From contig CAVXTM010000015.1 of the NCBI GenBank assembly GCA_963764725.1, positions 128,001 through 192,000 of the forward strand: 64,000 bases of DNA, read 5' to 3'. The DNA comes from an uncultured Gammaproteobacteria bacterium. Lineage in GTDB: Bacteria > Pseudomonadota > Gammaproteobacteria > JACCXJ01. A model generated the notes under the pieces. The model made no database searches. It was given only the letters and a program-made list of their open reading frames with translations, and had not been told where the DNA came from. Position 1 is the first letter of the stretch. Each line of letters starts with the position of its first letter. Shown here in pieces: positions 39,972 through 48,236 of this stretch. The translations under genes and the position numbers were made by a program.

Positions 39972-40851
39972 ATGGTTCTGAGTCGTCCGACGTGCGAGGC
40001 GGGTGTGATGACGAGTCCACGCGCAACCTTGCCTCTCTTTGGAGGCGTCCACTGCGACACCGACGTTCTCACTTGGACTGGCCGATGCGTGATCGGCACC
40101 ATTCCATGCCGCATCTACGCACCGAGCCCGCTGCCCGCTTGGATTCCGTCTTCGCTAGGACCATTGGCGGCGCCTTTAGATCCGCAGTATCAGAAGGATC
40201 CGGATTGGCCAGCCGGCGGTTGGGGAATAATCAACTCCAGGCGCTCGGCAACTATAGAGGCACTTGGCCTTGAATACCTTGACCACGACCCTCCTCCAGA
40301 TCTGTTACGGTTTGATAGGGACGTCGCGCACTGGAGGACGGTGTTTCAAGACTGGCTCACTGTGCTCGCTGGAGGTCCTACAGCCTTCGAGGAACGTGAC
40401 CCCGGTACGATATGGAATACCAAAGAGCGAGCTCGCGACCTCATGTACGCAAGCTACTACGCGGGTGATATCTGGGAACCAGAAGCGATCACACGCTGGC
40501 AGTGGGAGCATGCCTTTGATCATTCTGTGGCCGGTGATGCCGCACCGCTGTCCCGAAAGCTCCTCGCGCTTGCCACACGGGACGCGGCACGGGCAGATGG
40601 GCGTAGCGCCGTGATTCATGCGGCAACGGCTGCGGAATGCGCTTTGACGAGGGGGCTCTTGCGGCAACTCCAGTTAACAGCTCTCCAGAAGAGGCTCACC
40701 TCACACTTAGCAAGACTCGCATGTTGGGACGGCGTCTAGCGCAGCCGTAGCTTCGGCCTCGACAATCATCAATGAGCTTGACCCCCTCTCAGAGCACTGC
40801 GAGGAGCCAACCCGTGAATACCTTCTCGATAGTGAGTCTGACGAGAAATGA
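39972..40851 (+). pseudogene. Hypothetical cassette 4 gene with a disrupted 3' part
   Basis: ORF 39972-40739 plus out-of-frame tail AAVASASTIINELDPL...DEK* ending just before R''. Confidence 0.55.
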
Positions 40852-40857
40852 GACTCG

Positions 40858-40864
40858 GCCCAAC
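40858..40864 (+). other. attC site 4, R'' box (left part, split by insertion)
   Basis: TCGGCCCAAC is the exact complement of the cassette 4 start GTTGGGCCGA. Confidence 0.85.
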
Positions 40865-41177
40865 CAGTAACCAGTAAGGATTGAGACGACCATGGATGGT
40901 CGTTTCAATCCAATGTTCAAGAAGCCCGGTGTTGGGTGGGTTCTTTATTAGGGGATTGCTTCGGTGAAGGGTGGGTGATGTGGTGGCTATGGGAATCGGG
41001 AGCTGGAGATAGCCGAGTAGAGGGCGATCGGATCTGGGTGTTGGGTATCGTAATCGGGACGGGTTTAGGGAACTGTTAATAATGCCTTTCAGGGTGGGAT
41101 TAGGGGTAGCAGGCAAAGGGAGGACGTGACCCGAAGAAGACACCGGGGGCAGCGCGGCGTTTGCAAGTTGCTATGGG

Positions 41178-42307
41178 CTACACATGGGCTGGGGATCGTG
41201 TCGAGCCGGGTGGTCTGAGGTTTGTGGGCATCCATGGGCGGCGGATGCGCCGTGAGCTATGGAAGCGGAGTCGTCCCCCGCAGGCCTGGCAGGCCGGTTG
41301 TGGCCGGGGTGGCAGTTCGACCTCCGGTACGGTCACGGTGAAGCCAAAGGCCAATTCGACTTTGGCCTTGAGATCTGCGATGGGCACCTTGGCGGTGGGC
41401 GACAGGAAGCCATAGTAGCGGACTTTCATGAACCCGGTAGGCAAGACGTGCTGGAGGAAACGGCGGATGAACTCCAAGGCGTCGAGGATCACGGTCCGCA
41501 ACCGAGCGCTGCCGGTTTTTTTGTAGGAGAAGGAGACCCGTCCGTCCTCGACCTTGAGGATGCGGTGATCCGAGATAGCCACCTTGAAGACGTAGGGAGC
41601 GAGATAGGCGATCGAAGCCTCGGCACTGGGTACGGCCTGGCAGTTGACGTTCCAGTCCTGCTGCCAGGTCTCCGAGGGGATCTGATCGAGCAGTCCGGCG
41701 GTGTGCATGAGATCGCGGAACTTGCCGCGGAAAAGCCGTGAGAGGGCTTTCACGGGCAAGAAGAAGGCGAGGCTTGAGGCATGCCAGGCGCCATCCTCAG
41801 CGGAAAGCGCCCCGCCCGGTACCACATAATGGATGTGGGGGTGATACTGTAGCTGTCGGCCCCAGGGTGAAGCACTCCGAAGAAGCCGGCTTGGTCCGCG
41901 TTGAGGAAGCGCGGATCGCGCACCAGCGTTTTGATGGCTTGAGAGGAGGCCTGGAACAGTGCATCGTAGCCCAGTTGCTGGTGGCTGCGCAGAAACGCGC
42001 GCAGGGGCTCGGGGACGGTGAAGGTGAGCATGAAGTGGTGGCCTGGCAGCTGGCGATGCAATTGTCGCTCGAGCCACTGTTGGGACTTGCGGTGTTGGCA
42101 GCCGGGGCAATGACGATTGCCGCAGGCGGCCGGGACGCGATGGTGATGGCCGCATTCCTCGCACTGATAGCAGACTGAGCCATAGATCTCGGTGCGGCAT
42201 TGGCAGATGGCCTCGAGGGTCTTTTTGTGCTCTCTGGGCATGGATTGTTCGTAGTGCTGGAGATATCCAGGGCCGTAGGTGCGGAAGATGTCATTGATGA
42301 TCCCCAT
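41178..42307 (-). CDS. IS91-family Y2/HUH transposase with N-terminal Zn-binding domain (1-nt frameshift near 41868)
   Basis: CRT..CEEC..CGNRHCPGC, LTFTVP, LH-WGRQLQYHPHIH (HUH), YLAPY (Y2), FIRRFLQHVLP, VRYYGFL. Confidence 0.9.
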
Positions 42308-42308
42308 C

Positions 42309-43182
42309 TCAAAGGCCCTCCATCACTTGGTTGATGAGGGTTGAGGCGTTGTCCTGACCGGCCTGGGTCATATGGAGGTAGACCATAGTGGTCTCGAGGC
42401 TGCTGTGGCCGAGGTAGCGCTGGATGGTGCGGATATTGACGCCGGCTTCCAGCAGGTGAGTAGCATAGGAATGTCTGAGAGAATGCACGCAGGCCTCGCG
42501 TGCTCGGGTCTGAGCGGCGAACTTGGCGCGACGGAAGGTGCCCTGCACGGAGCTCTTAGCCATGGGGTGGGAAGCCGAGCGGGCGGACTTGGCATCGCGC
42601 CCCATCGCGGGGAAGAGGAGCCTCGGGTTACGATGCGAGGCCCAGTGTTTGCGCAGGATGAGGAGGGTTGCTTGAGGCAGGGGGACGAGGCGGTCTTTGG
42701 CCCCTTTGCCGCGGTGGATGTGCAACATCATCCGCTGGCTGTCAATATCGGCGATCTCCAGATGCTGGGCCTCCTGCAGCCTCAGGCCGCAGGCGTAGAC
42801 GGTGGCGAGGAAGGCGTAGTTGTGTGGGGTTCGGACGCAGCTCAGCAAGCGGCGGACTTCTTCACGGCTGAGCACGGTGGGCAGCTGCTTCTCGCGTTGG
42901 GCATGGATGAGTCGAAGGGTATGCCAGTTGCGGTGAAGGACGTACTCGAAGAAGAAGCGGATCCCGCTATAGCAGATCCGTAAAGTGGCCGGTGACCAAC
43001 GATCGACGTTTCGCCGGTGGAGAAAATAGTGTTGCAGATCCTCCTCGGTGATCTGATCCGGGGTTTTATGATAAAACTCCACGAGCATGCGCACCGCACG
43101 GGTGTACGCTTCTTGGGTGCGCTCGCCCTTTGCCGTTGAGCTGGAGGGCTTGAATGGATTTCTCGTACCAATCTTTCATCAT
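42309..43182 (-). CDS. Tyrosine recombinase (1-nt frameshift near 43128)
   Basis: MKDWYEKSIQALQLNG-GERTQEAYTRAVRML..., YACGLR, GKGAKDR, HSLRHSYATH, LGHSSLETTMVYLH; lacks the IntI insert. Confidence 0.9.
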
Positions 43183-43355
43183 GGAAGGTCTCCTGTCGTA
43201 AAGGGATTAGAAGTCCGGGAAGCTCCGCGGACTTCGGACAGGAAAACAGAATTGACGTGAGGGCTAAAGACCGGCGACCGATGGGTGTGAGACAAACCGA
43301 ACTACGGCAACCAGGATCGGCAAACCGAATCTGCCGCGTAGCGGCTTACTTGAAC

Positions 43356-43444
43356 TAGCGGTTGCAGCGGAGCGCTCGCCGCAGACTTTGAAGGTAGCTA
43401 GAATTTGGTGGCGGCTTCGCGCCCGCTGAACCTGATCGTTGGTC
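43356..43444 (+). other. attC site 4, remainder (L'', L', R')
   Basis: TAGCGGTTGCAGCGG...CCGCTGAACCTGATC-GTTGGTC. Confidence 0.85.
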
Positions 43445-43541
43445 GGCGCGCAGCGCCGGGGCCACAGCCTTTAGAACGGGAGATGGGTGTGGATAGGATC
43501 ACAGGCTTTGATAACCACGATCGTGACGGCGCTAAGCCCGA

Positions 43542-43571
43542 GTAGGGCGGAACGCCGAAGGTGGTTCCGCC
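43542..43571 (+). repeat. REP (GTAG type)
   Basis: GTAG followed by palindrome GGCGGAAC...GTTCCGCC, about 30 nt upstream of the RAYT gene. Confidence 0.8.
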
Positions 43572-43600
43572 GCATGAATGAGAGGTGATAAGGTTGACCA

Positions 43601-44175
43601 ATGCCGGATTATCGTCGTTATCGTGTACCCGGAGGCACGTACTTTTTCACCATCAATTTATTGGAGCGTCGGGCCGACTTGTTGGTGCGACATATCGAAG
43701 CGTTACGGGAGGCGGTGAAGCGTACGCGGGCCAAACGACCATTCCATATCGATGCCTGGGTCGTGCTACCCGATCACATGCATTGCGTGATTACCCTACC
43801 ACCCGGCGACGATGGCTTTTCCAATCGCATTCAGGGTTCGCTTTGTACAGGCGCTGGCGCCCGACGGAGCGGCGTTCATCGGTACGAATGGCCAAGGGTG
43901 AAAGCCAGGGCCAGGGATTGGCCCTGCCTGGCGCGCTGAGGATGCAACGTGGTATCTGGCAACGCCGTTTTTGGGAGCATGCCATTCGGGACGAGAGAGA
44001 TTATTCGCGCCATATGGATTACGTCCACTTCAACCCGGTCAAACATGGCTACGTTTCGGTGGTTGCTCAATGGCCCCATTCGACGTTTCATCGGTGGGTG
44101 AAGGCAGGTGCCTATCCACACGACTGGGGCGGCGAGGGTGCGTTGGATGTTGTCGCCGGCGAGCATGGACAATAA
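43601..44175 (+). pseudogene. REP-associated tyrosine transposase (RAYT), frameshifted, with a 45-nt insertion
   Basis: MPDYRR..PGGTYFFT, VVLPDHMH (HUH), IWQRRFWEHAIRD, YVHFNPVKHG, WPHSTF split over two frames. Confidence 0.9.
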
Positions 44176-44527
44176 TCTGGTGCCGTGTCTACGCGGGCTC
44201 GACAGTCTTAAGGAGACTGCCCGCGAGGATCTGATCCAATTCGTCATTCATCGGATCGACGCTAGGGCTGTCGAACTGAAGTATGAACTTCACGATCTCT
44301 ATACTTCCGAGCGGACAGGTCCGCACTCATGGAGATCACAGCCTCTCCAGGGTGTGGACGGTTACGCCGTCATGCGCGCGATGGGAACCCTCGCCGTCCT
44401 AGAGTTCGGATTCGTTCGGGTCCGTCTCAAGAAACCACCATACCCAGTTAAGTTCGACGACTTCGTGGCTGCGGCATCCAAGGTAATCGATGACGCCGAA
44501 TCATGCCTCATTCAGCAACACAAGTGA
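44166..44527 (+). CDS. Hypothetical protein, probable remnant of the cassette 5 gene
   Basis: Open frame ending 3 nt before R''; start uncertain. Confidence 0.5.
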
Positions 44528-44530
44528 GAC

Positions 44531-44613
44531 GCCCAACATGGCAATCAACCTGACCGACCAACAGCGGCGCTGCGCTTGCTGTTTGTGTGCCGGTTATGGG
44601 CATCACGGTAGGC
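44531..44613 (+). other. attC site 5 (degenerate R')
   Basis: R'' GCCCAAC, ATCAACC...GGTTAT L boxes, R' GGTAGGC (GTT changed to GGT). Confidence 0.7.
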
Positions 44614-44878
44614 TTCAAAAAGCGTGAAAGCATAAACAGCGAAGGCTTTGAAACCCGCATCGACGGTGAAGGTGGCAGATAGCCCATGGATCCCCATCAA
44701 AACGCCATGAGAGAAGTGGCATGCCCCGGCCCTGCGGGTTGGCGAGGTGAGTGGCTGCACCCGGCCACAGCACAAAGGTACCGTCGGGACAGTCGATCGC
44801 TGCGACCCTTCAGCGCTTCACCGCAACCCATCGCCGCTTGTCTCCGGTGCTCCGTGGTGGGATACTTCAGGCGCCTTA

Positions 44879-44938
44879 GCCCAAAGCGCTGGAGCGGACA
44901 GCGCTCACGCGCCGCCGCTCACCGCCGATCCGTTGGGC
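44879..44938 (+). other. attC site 6 (degenerate R'')
   Basis: GCCCAAAGCGCTGGAGCGG...CCGCTCACCGC...GTTGGGC; R'' lacks AAC. Confidence 0.65.
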
Positions 44939-44994
44939 TGACGTGTCGGGCCACGGAATCCGGTAAGTCCTTGCCACCACGAGGGGAGAGCAAT

Positions 44995-46566
44995 CTGGAA
45001 ACACCTCTGACTCCAATGGCATTCGCGCGTCGCTCGCGCAAGCTGTATGCGCAACGCGAGGCAGTGGTGGATGGCGAGCTGCGCCTGACCTATGCGGAAT
45101 TCTTCGAGCGCTGCGACCGCGCGTCCGCCGCGCTCTCCAAGCTCGGCATTGGCAAGGGTGACCGTGTCGCCACCATCGCGCCGAACACGGTTGCACACCT
45201 GGAGCAGTTCTACGCGGTGCCGCAACTCGGCGCCGTCGTGGTACCGCTCAACTACCGGCTCATCGCGGAAGACTTCGTTTACCTCATCAATCACAGCGGC
45301 GCGCGCATAGTCTGCGCGCACTCGGACTATCTGGATATGGTCGAGGGCATCCGGGCGCGCTGCTCCAAGGTAGAGCACTTCGTCGCGCTCGAAGGCGCGA
45401 AGACCTGCTGGCTGAACTACGAGTCGCTGCTGGCGCAGGCCGGCACGGAATTCCCGCGGGCGGAAGTCGCCGAGAGCGACTTGCTCGCCATCAACTACAC
45501 CAGCGGTACGACCTCCAAGCCCAAGGGGGTAATGATCACGCACCGCAACGCTTGGGTGAACGCAGTGGGCACGATAATTCACCATCCCATGAGCACGGCC
45601 GACCGCTACCTGTGGACGCTGCCGATGTTTCACGCCAATGGCTGGACCTTCGTATGGGTCGTGACCGCCGCCGGCGCGACGCACGTGTGCCTGCGCAAGG
45701 TCGAACCCGCCACCGTGTACGAGAGCGTCAAGGGCGAGCGCATCACCATGTTCTGCGCGGCGCCGACGGTGCTGATTGGTGTCGCCAACGCCCCTGCGGA
45801 AATGCGCCGCCATACGCCGCGCGGCCTGCGCGTGATGACCGCGGGCGCGCCGCCCTCCGCCGCGACCATCGAGTGTGTGGAACAAGATCTTGGCTGGACC
45901 ATCACCCATGTGTATGGGCTCACCGAGACCGCGCCTTTCATTACCATCAACGAACCCCGCCCCGAGTTCGCCGAGTTGTCGCCGGAGAAACGCGCGATGC
46001 AGAAAGCCCGCCAGGGTGTGGAGCTGCTCACTTCCGGTGAGTTGCGCGTGGTGGACGAACAGGGCCGCGACGTGCCGCGCGACGGTGCCACGCTCGGTGA
46101 AATCATCGCGCGCGGCAACGTCATCATGGCGGGCTATTATAACGACCCCGAGGCAACCGCCACGGCGATGGAGGGCGGCTGGTTTCACTCCGGCGACGCG
46201 GCGGTGGTGCACGCCGACGGCTACGTGGAAATCCGCGACCGCTTCAAGGATGTCATCATCAGCGGCGGCGAGAACATCTCCTCCGTCGAAGTCGAAGGGG
46301 TGCTGCTGCGCCACCCCGCAGTGCTGGAAGTGGCGGTGGTCGGCCTGCCGCACGAGAAATGGGGCGAAACGCCGCACGCCTTCGTCGTCTTGCGTCCCGG
46401 CGTCGCGGCCGGCGAAAAGGAAATCCACGAATTCGCCCACGCCAACCTGGCCGGCTTCAAGACGCCGAAGGCGTACAGTTTTGTGACCGAATTACCGAAG
46501 ACTGCGACGGGTAAGATTCAGAAATACGTATTGCGTGGAAAGCAGTCGGCGATTGCCCGGCAGTGA
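44995..46566 (+). CDS. Acyl-CoA synthetase (AMP-forming)
   Basis: YTSGTTSKPKG, LPMFHANGW, YGLTET, GWFHSGD, IISGGENIS, LPKTATGKIQK; start CTG 44995 or ATG 45016. Confidence 0.93.
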   Translation: METPLTPMAFARRSRKLYAQREAVVDGELRLTYAEFFERCDRASAALSKLGIGKGDRVATIAPNTVAHLEQFYAVPQLGAVVVPLNYRLIAEDFVYLINHSGARIVCAHSDYLDMVEGIRARCSKVEHFVALEGAKTCWLNYESLLAQAGTEFPRAEVAESDLLAINYTSGTTSKPKGVMITHRNAWVNAVGTIIHHPMSTADRYLWTLPMFHANGWTFVWVVTAAGATHVCLRKVEPATVYESVKGERITMFCAAPTVLIGVANAPAEMRRHTPRGLRVMTAGAPPSAATIECVEQDLGWTITHVYGLTETAPFITINEPRPEFAELSPEKRAMQKARQGVELLTSGELRVVDEQGRDVPRDGATLGEIIARGNVIMAGYYNDPEATATAMEGGWFHSGDAAVVHADGYVEIRDRFKDVIISGGENISSVEVEGVLLRHPAVLEVAVVGLPHEKWGETPHAFVVLRPGVAAGEKEIHEFAHANLAGFKTPKAYSFVTELPKTATGKIQKYVLRGKQSAIARQ

Positions 46567-46821
46567 TGATTCGAGCAAACCCCGACGCAGGCTCTTTGGC
46601 CGTGGGGGATCAAAATGCCAGAACTCAAATGGAACAGTGGGCTCCGAAATCGGCTTCCGGATTACCTGGACTGTTGTCCAGCCATTAGGCGCATCCTTCG
46701 CGCTCCCAGAGCCTGCCTGATGAAATCTAACCACCGGCCTTGACTGCGACGCGGTAGGCCGCGCGCGTCATGCGTGTCGTTATACGCTATGTTTTCCAAC
46801 CACGCTGAAAGGAGCGGTTTG

Positions 46822-47310
46822 ATGCAGTCACTCGCCTTGATTGCACTTGCTGGTTGCGCGGTTCTTGCAGGATGTGCCTCCAACGGCGGCACGCCGCCCA
46901 ACTCTCAGGCTACACGAACCGAAAGTTGCAAGGTAACCACCGAACAGGAGATCAGATCGTTGTTTGACCGGTGGAATCAGTCATTGCAGACTGGCGATCC
47001 GCATAAGGTCGTTGCCAACTATGCGGAGCGCTCCATTCTGTTGCCTACCGTTTCCAACAAACCACGCTTGACCCCGGCGGAAAAGGAAGATTACTTTCAT
47101 CATTTCCTAGAGAATCGGCCCTCCGGAAAGATTGATCTGCGCTTCGTAGAGATCGGTTGCAACACCGCCGTTGATGCTGGGCTCTACACATTTACGTTCG
47201 CCAAGACAGGCGCAGTGGTCAGTGGCCGCTATACCTATACCTATCGCTGGGATGGTTCGAAGTGGCTCATTACCAGCCATCATTCCTCCGTAATGCCAGA
47301 GAAGAAGTAG
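46822..47310 (+). CDS. NTF2-like COG4875 lipoprotein, putative iota-class carbonic anhydrase
   Basis: Lipobox LAGC; LFDRWNQSLQTGD, LLPTVSN, DYFHHFL, GLYTF, RYTY, HHSSVMPE. Confidence 0.8.
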   Translation: MQSLALIALAGCAVLAGCASNGGTPPNSQATRTESCKVTTEQEIRSLFDRWNQSLQTGDPHKVVANYAERSILLPTVSNKPRLTPAEKEDYFHHFLENRPSGKIDLRFVEIGCNTAVDAGLYTFTFAKTGAVVSGRYTYTYRWDGSKWLITSHHSSVMPEKK

Positions 47311-47578
47311 TAGCTGAGCGGTCAAGCGGACGCCCGTACCTCGCGCCCAGGTTGACGGGCGGGCGGCCCCCCCGCTGGCGCTGCCCGATCTGCCTGCCCA
47401 GCGCCGCTTTGACCGGTTTCCGGAAGCGGCCGTCTTAAAGACAACGGAGTGGTGATGGTTGTGACAACGGTGGGTACAGACCGCGCCCTGATCCACGCCA
47501 TGGTGAGGCTGGTGTGTGTGTGGTTATAGTACGGCCGGCCGGCGGCCTAATCGACCTGACGTGAGCTATGCTCCGCAA

Positions 47579-47623
47579 TGGATTCCGGCTCGCGTCCGCC
47601 GCGCGGACTTGGCCGGAATGACG
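47579..47623. repeat. REP-like hairpin
   Basis: TGGATTCCGGC..GTCCGC..GCGGAC..GCCGGAATGAC between convergent genes. Confidence 0.55.
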
Positions 47624-47675
47624 GGTCTGTGTTATGCGGCGTGTTTCCGTCGCACTCCGCCAGCTACGACGGCCG

Positions 47676-48230
47676 TTACGGAGCGCGCACAAGCTGCGCC
47701 TCGACCTCATCGCGCTTGGGAGTCCCGGCTAGGGTTTCGATCAAGGTGAGCGCGAAATCCATCGCTGTGCCGGGTCCGCGCGAGGTAATGACCTTCTCGT
47801 CTTGGACTATGGCGTCCTCGGTCACGGTCACCTCCGTGAAATTCAGCGCCCGCAAGATCCCGGGATAGCCGGTGGCGCGCTTTCCTCTAAGAAGGCCGGC
47901 TGCGCCCAAAACCTTGGGCGCTGCGCAGATCGCGGCCGTAAATTTTCCGTTCGCCGCCATTTTCATAAGCAGATCATGTACGCGCGGGTCGCGGTTCAGT
48001 TGCTCCGCGCCTTGGGCGCCCCCCGGAAGCACGACCATGTCGTAGTCGCGTTTCAAGGCTTCGTCCAGGCAGGTGTCGGGGATCAGCACCACTCCGCGGC
48101 TAGCGCGGACGGGATGATTATCGAGGCCGGCTGTGACCACCTCGATCCCGGCCCGGCGCAGGAGATCGATGACCGTAACGGCCTCGAGCTCTTCACAGCC
48201 TTGGGCCAGCGGAATGAGTACGGTGGCCAT
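47676..48230 (-). CDS. DJ-1/YajL/ThiJ family protein
   Basis: GCEELEAV, LPGG, AAICAAP, TSRGPGTA. Confidence 0.92.
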   Translation of the reverse strand: MATVLIPLAQGCEELEAVTVIDLLRRAGIEVVTAGLDNHPVRASRGVVLIPDTCLDEALKRDYDMVVLPGGAQGAEQLNRDPRVHDLLMKMAANGKFTAAICAAPKVLGAAGLLRGKRATGYPGILRALNFTEVTVTEDAIVQDEKVITSRGPGTAMDFALTLIETLAGTPKRDEVEAQLVRAP

Positions 48231-48236
48231 CGGAGT

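Larger units (their letters stand above)
40865..43355 (-). mobile_element. IS91-like element with tyrosine recombinase, inserted in attC4
   Basis: Two coupled genes; hairpins near both ends (40878-40911 and 43333-43345); no TIR or TSD; removing it rebuilds a normal attC. Confidence 0.85.

Noticed and set aside
40769-41143. 124-aa minus-strand ORF at the element end
   Set aside because: It is low-complexity, Pro-rich and crosses the insertion junction; more likely non-coding end sequence.
38424-44938. Spaced palindromes as a possible CRISPR array
   Set aside because: They differ in sequence and length, are separated by genes and fit attC structure; no cas genes are present.
44686-44994. N-terminal extension of the acyl-CoA synthetase
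   Set aside because: It reads through attC6 and is not part of the enzyme family.
44905-46440. Long antisense ORF (511 aa), and similar ones opposite ruvB, ctpA, gpmI and gpsA
   Set aside because: Shadow frames of GC-rich genes with no recognisable motifs.
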